A stretch of 64,000 nt of DNA from Balanoglossus misakiensis. Lineage: Eukaryota; Animalia; Hemichordata. Positions within the stretch are counted from its first letter, which is position 1, and each line of letters begins with the position of its first letter. This document shows, in pieces, positions 1 through 15,100 of this stretch. The notes under the pieces are model-generated. The model was not told where the DNA came from. It searched no databases and was given only the letters and a program-made list of their open reading frames with translations. The stretch spans positions 7,462,059-7,526,058 of the forward strand of contig CM082581.2 of the NCBI GenBank assembly GCA_040954595.2, written 5' to 3'. Both the position numbers and the translations under genes were made by a program.

Positions 1-719
1 TGATAGCAAACAAAACAAGTGACCGTCTGTGCCGACGGTTTATGGCGTTTATGGCACATATATCGACGGTATGAAGATATTTCCTATGGTTTATACATGC
101 ACGTATGACGCTTTGACCATATCATAGCAAATACAGAAGCGGGATTTTTCATTAAAGGAGTACCAGTCTTTCACATGTAGTTCACGCATGCCCTTATATG
201 GTTAAAGGACGCGTCTGAATCTACTAATATTGGCCAATTTTGACGTGGCCACCCACGTGACTATGCTATTTGCAGTGTAGAAGTAAGAAGTCGTTTTTAA
301 TGTCACAGGTCTCGCTAGTAATTGCAGTATCTGAATGGAAGTCAATGTGTCGCCCGTGATTTGACAAAGAGCACTTTGGAATGTGTCAACGGAAGTCAAT
401 GACAGCATGTCAACCATGCACCAGGTAATAATATGTCGCGTCAATTGGTGAACTGTACTACTACGCATGATCGGTGATATATCACGTGGTATCAACCGCG
501 TAAGAACTCCGGTCACAGAAAAAACTACATACACATTGGAGTACGTTAACTTACATGCGTTGTACTAAAAGGAAAAAAATATCCTGGCATACAAGGTTTA
601 GTTTCGACCAGTAGGAGAATTGGTCGTCCTGCTGCTGCTACAGCCCGAAAATCTATGATTTTACGCGAGTTTTTAATTTATGTGTGTGAATATTTAATTT
701 TCTATCATTTAACATGACG

Positions 720-757
720 TGGTTTATTTAGGTGGACTTGGTTTATTTAGGTGAACG
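720..757. repeat. 19-bp tandem duplication
   Basis: TGGTTTATTTAGGTGGACT followed by TGGTTTATTTAGGTGAACG. Confidence 0.85.
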
Positions 758-3700
758 TTTTACCCTTGTCATAGATTCTAATTAAGTCAAAACGCATCAT
801 TCAATATATACAGATTATATAGAGATGGGATTTTCAATGCAGAGACCACTGCTGCTTCGGGCTCGTATCACACTGTGAAGTCGCTAGTTACTTCTCGGTG
901 TTCAGCTGGGCTAAGGCTTACTTGCTTTGCTTTGCGGCGCTAATTCACTCCGGTGTAAAATTACTTCACTCTTGCTATTATGCATTGCGCAACAAATAGC
1001 GACAGTACAGTGCCTGTGGTATAGCGGGGAGTTCAGTCATTTTCTCTGACAGCCAATTCTGTTTGATTTCGACTGCACCGACGGGCGAGCAATGAATTAA
1101 ATCGATAGTCGGCAGTCCCTTGTAATGTTTTTTTCGAAATCAAATCAAGTCGAATCAATGTTGTCACCATAGAGAACCAAAAGCAATTTTAACGCGGAAA
1201 TATTAGGACATGTCAAGCAACGTAACTCACTTAAAGTCGCAGGCAGCCAACACAAATTGGGTTTGTCTGAGCTTAAATCACCGCGTTTCGACTTAAGCGA
1301 ATGCTCCCGCTCGTCAACAATTGCACTTGTCTGTTATTTGTGGGAAAACGTCACACACCGTTGTGTAATGTCTTGTTATACCTCGCGTATTTGATTATTC
1401 GCGACGCGGTATTCACGTCTGACGCGGCCAACATTCACGCGGATTCATGCAAATGGCGTGTCGCACGAAGGAAGTTCAATTCTGGGAATAATGCTTCATT
1501 ACCTCAGCAAGCGGAATGCCCCCGCGTCAGGACGATTTATAATGAAACTATAATCGTGCATTACGTGATGTTGTTACGAACGACCCATTCCCCATCAGCT
1601 GTATGTAACATGCTTTTAGTGCCGCACAGTATACATGGCTCTTATTGAGTTTCCCTGCGACTTCGTAAATTCGACGTGGATACGAATGCCTTGCCCGTCT
1701 TATGATCAAAGGAACTTTTTTCCCTGTTTAAGTGCACGGTACATCAAAGGTTATCCGCGCCTTTGCAAATTCGACAGAAAAGCTCTAGGCCTACATGTAT
1801 ATACGGGGAGAACATTTTAATCTGTTAACGTAAATGTTTCGCGGCCGCCTAGCCGATATGAAACTGCCCTTTAGACAACGGTGTACATTTAACACCCCGA
1901 AAATACAGCATATCATTATCACCAAATTTGTCGAGTCCAGCAATAACTTGAGATACCGATTCAGGGTTCGCTCTGCAAAATAGCGAAACACTCTTCCCAT
2001 GTAACCATGGCCACCACTGAAAACACATAATAACTCTGTCATGCTGGCCGATCAAGAGATTGCACCTGCGCACAAGGCAGTGTTAAACTAGTCGCAAATG
2101 AACCGAGAATTTCTTGCTCTTTTTTTTTGCATTTTTTCTGCCTGGTTAGTGCCAATGTACTACCAATGTATAATGGTTGTTAAACAAACTCCCTCTTCCT
2201 CTGCAGTAATTTTGTTTGATATATATGCACTCCGTTGAGTCGAGTTCTGCCTGGCCAGACACAGACAGAAAAAAATGTTTTGCGCTAGGATGTTTTATAT
2301 CTTATAGGGTATATTTACATTTCTAAGCCTTCTTTTCATCAGAAAACGCATTCCTGCTACGAGAAGGAATGTGCGGAAAAGTAGATGGTGATCCGGCGCC
2401 GCGTCTCCGCGGAAACCTAAATACATTTGACCACGTCACATCTGCGCTAAACCATGTACACCGCACCGATTTTTGCGGTTTATGCCCTATAAGTGTTTCG
2501 ATACTATCTCGTGGCCATGATATTACTGAGCAGATGATAGCATCTTATGATCACGTTATGACACTAGTATGCCGTAAATTACGAGAATGTTATTCGCGAT
2601 CATGGGAAACTTCCTCAGGGTCGTCACGAGGTTTATCAGGCTCTTAGCGTCTGTTTCATTGTTGCCATGTCACCCCAAAAATCTGAAAAAAGTAACAGTT
2701 TGTATGAAAAAAATCCCTTTTTTCGCTGACTTTGAATGAAATACCCACGCGAACCCCACAAGCTACTTTAACTCATTATTAATTCAGGACCGTAATTAAG
2801 TATGTCATTGCACTATTATTAATTTATAGTAATGCGCAATCGCGGGAGCTTCACTCGGAAATAAAACGAAAGGTCAAAAGGGCAAAAATACAAGGTATGT
2901 TTCTGGTATAATTGAATATGCAAGACTACTGCTTTCTTTTGGTTCGGATCAATATTTCGATATATACGGATGTCACGACGCATGAGAGCTTACTGTTGTA
3001 ATGTAGGTCATAATACTGCATTCAAATACCAATAACGCAGGCAAATAATCCTTTAGCTAGGCATTTAATACTCCTTCACTTGGCTCCACGTATCTTGGGT
3101 CGGTCGGCCTCAACAGAATCACAGCCCAGCCTCGGGGCTATATGTCTTATCTCGCCTTGTTCACATCTGACTGTGCCGTGTTGCTTCTCCAGGGGTAAAT
3201 GAAACACACAAAACGTCGCTTTAAACATTTGCGACTAAAAGGATTGTTGCGTACATGGGCGGCACACGGGCAGCGAATTGACTCTCTTCCGGCAGTCGTT
3301 GCTATGCCTTCATTATGTGTTTTTTTCCTGTGAATGTTTGATATTAGGACGCTCTGATGTCATAATACACGCTTGTGCATCACAGTCACTTTTGGATACG
3401 TTTCCTCGCTTTTTTGGTTTCACGTATTCAACGTGGGATTTTCCAAAGAGTGCCGAAACATCCATTACTTAGCTAATCAACACAGCTTACATGTATATCC
3501 AAGCAAATGCTACGATTGGGGATTGAATTTAAACCTTGGTCTGATTGCCAATAAACAATAAGAACGTGTGTTGCACGTTCACAGGCAAATGACTTTATCA
3601 TTAATCGAGTGACAGAACAAAAAAACTGTCACTGATTCTCAGAACACCTGAAAGGTACATACGTCACAGCTTGGGGAGCTTATAATAAGAAAATGGCGAC

Positions 3701-6700
3701 TTCCACCGAACCTTAGCTATTATTGATGACTTTTCGTCCGTTTCCATTTTTTGTCGAAGTTACTGGAATCAATCACGCGTGCCTTTACACATGCCATTAT
3801 CAAACACCACTTTAGAATCCCCCATGATTTTCTAAAGCGAGATATCTACTACACTAAACGAGAAAGCGATTGCCCAGCATGCAGTCTGTTTGCGCGTACA
3901 CTGTCCAACTATTCAGCTGCAGCTGATGTCTATATTTGGACCGAACAAGTCACGAATATCATGGAACACAATATCGATATATGTGGAGTCACGATTCGCG
4001 GCGAAATGCAAGAGTCTCGCTGAACGAAACGGAAAAAGCAAACAAAAGCGTGCTAATAGACTTTAAATAATCATTCCTATATACCAATGGAAATTGAGGA
4101 TGATTTCGAACCTGGAGCGGGGTACATTTCATGGGCCGATCATTATTCTTCGCTTAGGGCCAATTGAGGGAGAGTATCTCTCTTTTATCTCTTTTCCAAC
4201 GATTTTGATTAGTCTGGGAAAACGTGGACAGTTAGTGGCTATGATGGTTGTCATCTGGTGATGCAACATTGTCATAATTGTAGACGTAAGTACTATGATA
4301 TGGAAAATGATGAACGGGATAATTTGCACACAAATTAAACAAGCCCTACAAACACACTGAAGGACACAAGAACCAGGAACTAGAGCCTATTGGCGTATGC
4401 AATGACAAACAACAAATGACGCACTTGTAGTGTACGCATACATATTCACTTTACCTGTCATATTATTACTCTAATTAGTAATAGCAGTAATGACAATTAA
4501 TAGAGTGGTAATTTCGCCTCATTAATGGTCAATAGCATCCCCGTGTAAACGGGTGGCATTTTGGCATAAATCATGTAAACTTGGTTCAAGTATGCTCTCA
4601 AAAGAAGTCGTTGTACTGAACTGCTGCGACAGAGCAATATAACATTTCAAACGTCATTCGTTATCTAGTTTCAAAGCAACAGTCCATTCCTGAAGGCAGA
4701 TCCGTGTGCGTCTAAATGTCGCTGGAAAGCCGTGTTCGATATTGAGCGATAAGAGTATCCTTCAATTATACACCGAACGTGATGTTAAACTGCAAGCAAC
4801 ATTGGTTAATGAGCTAATTCCAACCGAAGTCAGGTCGAAAAACAATGAAAGTGCATTAGGCTGCAAGGCGCGTAGATGTGGACCGTGCTAAAGTCGGGAT
4901 TGATCATTCGGGAGACGGGGAGGGTCTACCCTGAAACCATGATGGCTGACTGTAAAAAAAATATCAGGTGCGCCAAGGTACATGTATCGCAGTGGTGTCT
5001 GGGTAAACGAGGGAGCGATGAAGATCTGAGAGTTTTCAATTGAGTAAATTTGGGCGAGTAAATTTGAGACTGAAATGTCCAAGTCGAATCGGTATCGTAT
5101 AATTATCTGCATTCAAGAGAGAGAGAGCTAACGACTTGGTTATCAGACTCTTGTTGTCAACTAGCCTAACAACCGACATTATACAGGAAATTATTAATCT
5201 CATATATGCAAAATCGAAGGGAGCCGGGGAATAAAAAGAAGCGGCGTTATACTCCAAGGAAATCCAGTCCGCTGAAGAACACGAAGAACACTTGGAATCC
5301 ACCTCAGCTCTGTATATAGCCAGGCACTTGTAATTACAAGTAGACTGATCGCCTCCGATTAAGACGCGCTTAGTGCGACGACTGTACAGCGAAATCGAGA
5401 AAAAAAATGCTGAAATGTCGCCAAGGATGCAGCCATACTTATAGCCGTGCGACAATTGAAATGCTTCTTACGGAGAATGGAATGCATTCTATTAACTTCA
5501 GTCGGGCGTTCCTCAAAAGGGGATTGTACTTCTCAATGAAGTCGGCTCGTTTCATCCTCGCCGTGCATCGGCCGACAGAAGATCTCAGCAAATGTTCAAG
5601 GAACGTTACGTCAATTAGTTTCGAAATTGATGGATCCGATGGAGTAAAAAAATGCTCTCCATTCATCACGTACTTTTAAGTGCCATTTCCCTTGCCAAAT
5701 TGTCTGCAAATCGATCCATTTGGCCGAAATGTAAATCAGATATCTTTTTTCTTTGGAATTTCGATCCGAATAAGGGGGGAAAGTTGACCGTTCAGATAAA
5801 TGGACGAAATTTGTTCCCGGGGTTCATAAAGATAACTGTACAGGGCGAATGCCACCAAACGTTCATTTGCATCCTGGAAATAAAACACCTTCATCCAAGG
5901 GACACGTTATTTGATGTCGGGCTTCTACAAAAATTCCAATGGAAAACTCAACCTTGTAAGCGTACATTGTCAACAAGAACTAATACACGCGCCATTGCGC
6001 TGTTAACAGACACTTGTTCGTACAACCACGCACAGTGTGGACATTATTAATCTGAGGGAAAGTACAATACCCTATGGCACTAAAATGTATGTTTAATACA
6101 ATACTTGCTTTTGTTTATCGCGTGATTAAATGGAATTCAATTTGATTAGCGCTATGATACGGGCTCTATGGTATTCGTTAATTGATCAGTGACATATTGA
6201 CTGAACATTTATAATGCATAGGCTAGACTTCCAGTTCATTAGCTGTAACCACAACACCCGTGGAAATAAATGTTGTTGTTTTTCATAGGGTTTGTTTTGG
6301 CAAGGTCGTCCTGACCTCCACATATGGTGAACAAGCCAGTGTGCCAGGCTCATTATTACCTTCCTGTTCCCTGATGGGCTTCGGCATCACGACATTAATT
6401 ATTATTTAATTAGTAAAACATACATTGAACAATTAATATAAAGAGCGTCGAACGTTTGTGGTTAATTGGAATTACCAGTTGTACTTTCTTAAAATGACTG
6501 GTAGATGTCGGAAAATGCTAGTTTACAATGTAACTGCAATGATTGCATTCGGCAATGCGAAGCTTGTTTTAAATGGGCCAATTCATGTCTTTTTCTTACT
6601 TTTTATCAGTTTTTTACCTTTTTCACACACGAGATAATGTTGTGCCTGCCTCCTCCTTCTCCTTGTTCATCGTCAGTTTGTGAGCACAAGAAAAGGGGCA

Positions 6701-8665
6701 CCCATTTTTCCTGAGAGTACCGGGGACAAATGTCAGCCGGTAACATAATCATTAATGATCGAAATCAACAGTCGCCACCGCCATATGTCAAAACATGCAG
6801 AAAGCGAAAACACCTGCCCTACAATAGTTATTCTCTGGTTAAAATGTCATGAAAATGTCGTGGATATTACCCTTGCAAAACAAACTATATTTTACTCACC
6901 CTATGGTGAAATGACTCTATACCCAGCCTATACGATGAAGTGGAATTCGCATCGGTTTGACAAAGTTCTCCCTCTAATATCTGGTATATGCTCGTAGTCT
7001 ATATTTGTACTGAAGTTGCAAGCGAAGCACGCCTACAGCCTTGATTGCATTTAGTTCCACCGTACCACGGAAGGTCACAAGGTTATTTTAGGGAATGGCG
7101 ACTGGAAAGGTCGGTGTCCTTTTCTCACGTGGAGTTATTAACTTCGTTACCGTATGCGTCGAAGAACTGCGACGACAGGTTGGATTTTCAACGACTTAGG
7201 GGAGACGGGGGCTAGCCATAGTTCAAGTGGCACATCTGTTCAGACAAACGGCAAACAACAAAAGTAGGCATGACGATCCTACACAGGTAATCGGTGATTA
7301 TCCGTCTCATAGACACGACAGAGAACCATGAGTATGATAAACAAACATGAATGCCCTTAATCAGGGGGTATTTTATAACTTTGCCCCGATATAGTTTTCG
7401 GTTTATCGTGTGATACGCTACGTTCGCGAAAATTTAAGAAAACTACTGGGAAAGTTGCTAAATTCCACATTCAGGCCAGCGTACAACATATCTCTCAACG
7501 GCCGGTGCAGTAAAACTCAGAGGGTACTTTGGTGTCCGCGTCAGTGATTTTTTTTAATTTATCCGTTTGTTAGATGAAAGTCTACTATTTGAAGTAATCA
7601 AGTGCATGACTACCCACGGAGCTGTGAAATTGTGCTGAGCGAGTCTGATACTAAAGTGATAGCTTATTTCCTGGCCAGACATCATCAGTTTCCATCAATA
7701 CAATGGCACTTCCCCACACCATCAGTTACCGCCATTTAAATGTATTATGTCATGTGGAGTAATAACATTGCAGACGTGCATTTCTACCTGTCAATGATCT
7801 GTTGCTATTATATTATATACAAAATTCCTCGGCAAACCTATCGGTTATTTAAACGTGTCTTTCGTTAAGATCTGTACATATTAAGTAGTTTTTCAGTTGC
7901 TGCGTCCACACATGTTATTATTGCAGATAAAACAATATTTAAATGTCCCTGGAACAGCTTTGAAATAAGCCAATACCCTGTGTAAACTGTGAATGACACG
8001 GAACAAGACAGAAATAGGAAAACGTCTAAAAATGACCGGCCGTTGAACTTTCTGTACACAAGCACGTATGCAGTTGCAGCTTGACTGCATGTAGTCACTA
8101 AAATGAACAGGTTGTTCGCTGTGAGGTAATATAAATTTCTGCACAAATCAAGAAAGTGGGTCACGGGTTTTTAATTCTGTGAAAAACAATCTGCAAACAA
8201 ACGGCACAAAATACGAAGTTCCTCTCTTCTCACGACAGAAGTGACGTTAATCGTTTTAAAGGATTACATGGGGATTTCTAATCGGATGCTCTTAACCTTC
8301 GTGAAGTATTAATGCTCCACGTTTTATGAAGCTCTCGACATCATAAAACTCGTCAGAGAAGAATTGACGTCCGCCAGAACTCCATAACTCAGAAGCCGCG
8401 ATCATTGGTGATCAATTAGATGTTGAAAGAGGGTATTTTATGAGACAATGTTATAAGAGTGCCACCAGGCGTGAAGTGGTCTTGAATTACGGTATGGATC
8501 GTAAAGAACGGTTGATGAATGGTGGGTCAATAGGAGAATAATTCAATTGTTTATCATAACGGCCATAAGTCATAAAGGTTTATGAAAACATTGAATGATA
8601 GTGGTGACTATCCGCGTCTTGTGTGGTCAACCAGGCGTGTAATTTTGTGTGTCTTTATCTCTGTT

Positions 8666-8749
<84 letters not shown>

Positions 8750-8763
8750 ACTGTCTGTCTGTC
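8666..8763. repeat. (TCTG)n microsatellite
   Basis: About 24 TCTG units with one interruption, directly visible. Confidence 0.97.
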
Positions 8764-9135
8764 GCGTGCGAAGACGACAAACACTGGAAACAAAATCAAC
8801 TTAGAGAGAAAATTTAAAAACCAGGTCTGTCAGGGAATTATAACCATTCATAATAACCGCCTATGCATCATAAAATATAGCCACTCATAATAGCCAATGC
8901 AATAATAAATTGGACAGTGCGATTCAAGAAATCAAAATGCAAAATTATTGATTTGTGGGAAATGGAAAGAGTGAATTGGTCAGGGTATGCAGACAAATGA
9001 AATAATAATAAACACTGCTAGTCAAAATGGTTTATTGTCAAACAATAAATTTACGAGCTGTCACTTCTAGTGAAATGTGGGAATGGAGGATCTCTGACTC
9101 ACAGCAGTATTCTCTCTATACAATCCATTGTCACG

Positions 9136-9176
<41 letters not shown>

Positions 9177-9195
9177 CCATCATCACCATCATCAT
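9136..9195. repeat. (CAT)n microsatellite
   Basis: 20 CAT/CAC triplets, directly visible. Confidence 0.97.
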
Positions 9196-12100
9196 AGCAA
9201 AGTGATTTAAATAATTAGTAAATTGTGAATTTCTCTGTACCGGAAGCTCGAAGTTTGTTTTCCCGTGACTTATGTTAAATCTCTCAGGCAGTCTTTGAAG
9301 GACGCTCCCTTTTGTGTACATCCAACATTTACGCTTTACGGAGCCTGGAATTAGCCTCAAAAGGAAAACCCCTGCCGTTTGAAGTTTCCGTCTCGCCATG
9401 TCGGTCTTCTGTTCATTATCGAGTTTGTACGTACAGATAATAGCCGGCGAAAATGAGCGTCGGCGCATTTGTTGCTATGGTAATAGCATCTTTCCGACAT
9501 CGTTAAGATAGACGTTTTGTGCACTTCCTTCTGAAGGTTGCCTTTAAATTTTAAAAAGAGTAGCTGCAGCCCGAAGCCAAATTTCTTTTACGGAAGACAA
9601 ATTGAGTTAGCATGCTTAAAATAGGTCTTGAGAACCCAGCGCTGAGACGACACAAACACAAGAAATCGTCGCCGGTGTCCTTGCGCTTACATGTATTTGC
9701 GCAGGCGCATTTAATTAAGGAAGAATTAACTTAATTTCCGTGTAGCTTCCCACGGGTCGGAAATAAACTCGGACTAGACTTTTGTCAATTTTTATCACTC
9801 TTTGGATTCGTTGAAGGTCAAATGAGCGTTGATCCTTCGGTGTTTAAAAATGTCATTTAGCTAGAGTTTGGAAAAGCCCCTGTCCGCTGAGGCAGGCCGT
9901 GACAATCTATCAGCTGTCAATTTATCGAAAAGGGTAATACCGCTTGTCTGTGATTGTGTTCGTGGCCTTAGTATGGCTGCTCTGAAAAAAACTGATTAAC
10001 CATAAACCTACACATGACGTCACCGGTTGCGTGATCTGTCATTGCCCTGTGACAAACTTTTGTAGTTCAATTATTGCTGTAAACGTTCAATTGCAAAGTC
10101 TAAAACTTTAATGGACATTTCCTGGCAAGAAACTGTTGCAATTCAAGCTCCAGTCAAGCACAAATTCGTCATTTTTACCACTACTTTGTTCAGTTCTGTC
10201 AACCTGTCAACCAAAGCCTCGAACATCTATAGTTCAAACAGCCCACGTGTACACAATAGGAACACGACTTGTTTACTGAATATGTGATAAATTACGAAAC
10301 GGTGGTTTGGGTCATTTCTCATCGAGGCCCAAAAATAACGAGTCACTCGGGCAGACAAATATAACCGAAGAACATGTTGAAAACAAACCACACATTTTTA
10401 TTTTTCTGAACGGAAGCACACACAAAGGTTCTTCGACATTTCTGAGTTCGGCATTGATTGGATGAACCTGCATATGCCGTGGGGGGTAGGTCGATTGTTG
10501 TAAGGACCCTCGTGTTCGAGTGACTGCAGATGAGCATTGTACTCAATCTGACAACAGGTGGCGTTGTTCCATCGGTTACAGGATGGAATTCAGTAGAATG
10601 ATTCAATCTGTTTATCCACTGCAGTTATTTGACTGCGTGAAACGCCCAGAGATGACGTTCTATGTCAACAGATGGTATATACGTACATTCTTATTAAAAA
10701 TCAGCTGTAGAGATACATAGGCTCTGTATTTGCATTCATTATGTTTTGCTGTTCTCGAATTCCTGCTGATGCCGCCTCTCCGCAGACAACAGCAGGTGAG
10801 AACAATAAAGACTTAACGAAGGTAAACGTGGAGCGCCTATACATCCCGGCAGCTGATTTGAGTCAGATTGGCACACGTGTAGAATACATTGCTCTTTTTA
10901 GGGCTGGAGTAATTGCCAACAGCAACAGTACATGCCATGTGATTAAACATAATTAAAGTTCTATTTTTCTTTCCAGTATATTTGCTGCGTACCAACCGCA
11001 ATTGGTTGGGGCGTTGGGCTGCAACAGCCAGGAATATTGGGCATATTTCAGTGATCAAAATAACATTAACAATCTGTCAAGAGATACTAAAACAATCAAA
11101 TAATGTCAACAGTGGGCGACTTTGTTCCTTTTATTAGTACAGGGAGCATTCCATTTCTTGCCATATAAATTCTGAATTCCTATCACTCGTTGAACGAGTC
11201 CTAGATGATTCAACTGTTTGTTTTAACACTCATCACTTGTGTACAATTCTAAATGATGTATCTCGGTGCTGTCTGCTGATGGGCTGTCCCCCAGATATTT
11301 CAAACTAATATCCAATCGCTGTAACATCTGCATATATGCTTCGTGACGTCCATACTAGTATTCAAGTACAGGAGTCCGTTTCCCGTGGATGTATTAAAAG
11401 AAGGTAACACACACCCACCGGGGGATATCTTTTCACGTATCTATTTGTAGAAAATTCTGAGATTTAATCAGGGACTATTCAATTATGTGGAGCAAACCAC
11501 GCATGCGCTGTTCACAGTGTAATCCTACATAGTATCTTGCTCTGAAAACTGTCATGGAAAACATTCTATCGGTCGTTGTAATAGTCGCAGACGTCATTTG
11601 GGCTTATTTGCAAAGTTTACTCGTCAATATGTAATCCGATGTTTGTTTTGAGAGTGATTCAGTGCGCTGGGAAAGCCTAACACACATCACGTCTACGAAA
11701 TCAAACGCACGAGGTTTATATACAACACATCATTTGTAGTCACGAGCGAGATTGGTTTGCCGGTTCACGGATAATTCGCCCCCGAACACCGGGTGTCGGA
11801 CCGGCGATCAATGACGAAGAACATCCGTGCAGCCGGGGAAACTGTCGACACGTACGACCCCTGCACGTCTCACTGATAAAGGTCGACTCAACGTTTATTT
11901 CCTCGGTAGGTTGACGGGCCAGTAATTGCTCGTCTAGACGTTTTTTTCTTACCACACAATAAAAACATCTGAGATGTGGCTATAGATGGTAGCCATTGAT
12001 AGCACCCGGGTTCTAACTCGTGCGAGTGCATGGTTACGTTTCTTATTTCCCCCAAACTGACTCCCAATCGGATTACACGGAAATGGAAATTACTCGCCCG

Positions 12101-15100
12101 CGCATATAAACGAATTTATTCTGAGGAATAATTACGGGCCGTGGGGGAATTCGTGGTCCATGAATCGACGGCTTCAATGAATTCCGTCTGAAAAAACTTC
12201 TGCCCGGGTTTTATTAGAAAAAAAAGACGAACTCACCACGAATGCATCGTAGGGTCTATGCTCAATTATTGTACATACACGTCGTATTGAGAGGAACCAT
12301 GCTACTGCAGGAACAACAAATAATTCTGGTTAAAAGAAGTTTCCAAGGACGGTAATCTGGGTTATACTTGTTGGAATGTGTTCGCTTGCTGCAAATTTAC
12401 AAAAAGTTCATCAACCCCCACTTCTTCACATTTCTCTACACATTCTGCTCAAGTTTCTATGAAATGTCTTAAGATCAGCTATTCTCATGAATATATTGAT
12501 TTATAACACAAGCTTAATTTTTTTTCTCATTATTATTGATGCATACTTTCTGAGAAGCAATTCGATCGATTACTTTACTTTCGCTTGTCGATAATACGGT
12601 AAAAATAATTTTAAATGAGACAATATGATTTAAAATATTGCAGAAAGTGTATTCAGACTGTTGGCAACTATGATCCTGGCGAACGATAGCAAAGGAGCTT
12701 CCACTTCATACGAGGGGTGGGTCGGAGGAATGGGGGAGGGGCATCTTGCAAACCTGTCTTTAGAGGAAAGATCACAGTTATAATAGGGTAACGTTTTAGA
12801 ATTGGAAGTTTGATAAGATACGATAGTGATACGATATACCATGCAATTCAATTCAATCTGATCGTACAATACAATATCTGGTAGGCCGCCAGATATGTGT
12901 AGGTTGGCGAAGTATTGACTTTCATCCTTGCATCTATTACATAGATGGCGGCCATTTTGTTGTATTGTATCACCGAGTATAACTCGCGCACTGAGTTCTG
13001 TAAGCCCGGTTTTCGGTAAAACAAATATTATTACCTGTATTGATATCATGATGGAGGACTGATCTAGGAATGTGTACATTTCTCTGTCGAAGATACCACA
13101 CAGGGGTTGCCATAACATATTTTACTGGGCTGACTGAACCATTTTATGTAACAAGCATGAGCTCTCTCCTGGAACACATATAATCAGTTGCGTCGTATCT
13201 TCAGGCTTCTGCAAAGCTTTAAAAAGGTTATCTCGGTTTTCGGGGCAGATAGACACATTCTTCGAGCACTGAGGCATTCCACAACTGGTGGTAATCGTTT
13301 GTGGCAATATACGAAATGTGAAACTTAATTAACACGCTCGCATTCAAGCCCCTGTTCATTTGCAAAACTGTTTCTAACTCAATAATATTTGCCTATTACT
13401 GTAACCACATGGTCACGCTGGTCGAGATCCTTGTCTATCTTCAAAAGAACACCCATATCTCTACGTGAAAATTATTTTAAGGAAGTAGAATTATATCACA
13501 AAAATGAAATGCGGCCCTAGCTGTTGCATATTTTCGTTATGTATTTATTTTAAAGTTAACAAAAATCAATTTTATCCAATGTTTCATAGGCTGCATCAAT
13601 AGTAACTGTTGTACACCTGAAGAACAACACGTTTTTTTTATAGAAGTGAAGAAACGAAAACTATACTTGAACGTAGATTTTTAAATCAACCATTGGTGGT
13701 AATCTCAATGCACAGAAGCAGACAAGTCTTCACTTTATCTACTGCTAGACTCTGGAAACGGCCTCACATTTCATTCGGAAAGAATATTTGTATCGCGCGA
13801 CAGCACTTCGACGCTGCCGAAGATGTAAAAGTTCAAATTAATCAGCGTATGGCAAACGTTAAGCACGTGGCCTTTTAGAACGGGTTAAGCTGTGGTAATC
13901 CCGCGCTCGTCTGGCTGGCGTTTTGAACACTCCGCCAGTAATGGAAACTTGGAAAATTGACCTGTGCTGGAGTGTAGAGTTCGGGCAATTCATTTGGGCA
14001 ATCTTTGAAGGCTCAGTTCGGTGTGTGAGTGTGAATTATGCAGGGGACTTCAGGAGATCTGGACCCAGTTGTAGTGTGTGGTGATGAGTAATGCAACATG
14101 ATGGGATGAAATTCTCCGACTAATATCGAGGATTTTGCCCGGGAGCTGCTTAAGTCGATTCCCGCTGCACTGACATTTGACACATCGCCAGAGGCGGTAG
14201 GACCTATGACCTCTAACCTATTGCCTTGGCGGAGTTACTTTTCATGTCATAATTTCATATTAGACCTGCAAGTCAGCAGACATTAGTGCCTGTCGGCAGG
14301 ACGTGGCCTATTTCACCGACGCTGCTATTAATCTCAGACGCCCTGCGCGGAATAAATTCGCTTGTTAAACTTTAAATGTTGCGCAAGGCGCATCAGAGCG
14401 AGAATGTGACGTTTCCATTAACGTGGATCATGCTGGCAAGTGTGGCTTCAAAACGCTAACACTGGTCGTAAAGAGAAGCAATCATATTCACCATGCATGT
14501 ACAAGTATTGTTGAATAAAACGATATTCCTTGTACAGGTAAGGGTCAAACCTGTGGTTTTCTATATACATTTTCATGTGTAAGGCAGAGATGGGTAAAAA
14601 AGGTCTCGGAGTTCTACTTTCGTACTCTTTCAATTATCCTTGCCATTTCACATTCATATTCCAAGATTAGAAATCGTAACTGTAGTACCAAATACGTAAG
14701 TTAAGGCGTACGTGCAGTTTTCTGATGCTTTTTGACCTTTTCATCGACGGACATGAATCGCCCATTTCCGCGTATTAAAGATTAATCGGAAGCAATGTGA
14801 TGAAGACACTGATTAGACCAAAAAAGCCTCATTTGTTTACGTTAATATCAAATTTCACGTTCTTATCTCAAGTCAATGTATAGCAATGAAGGTAGCACCT
14901 GTGAAAAAATGAGCGTACATGTACTTGAATGAAAAAATTCTGGCACAATGCATGGTGTTATCAGGAAGAAGTACTCCACGTAAACAATCATTATCAGGAA
15001 TATGAACTTTGATATTAAACTTCATTGGTACACAAGCCACGCCTACCCAAATCATTGAAAGTATGATGAAACCAATACTACCAAAAGGATATCTTGCATT

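Noticed and set aside
8582-9468. ORFs with CLSV/RQTD repeats and poly-Met
   Set aside because: They are translations of the (TCTG)n and (CAT)n microsatellites.
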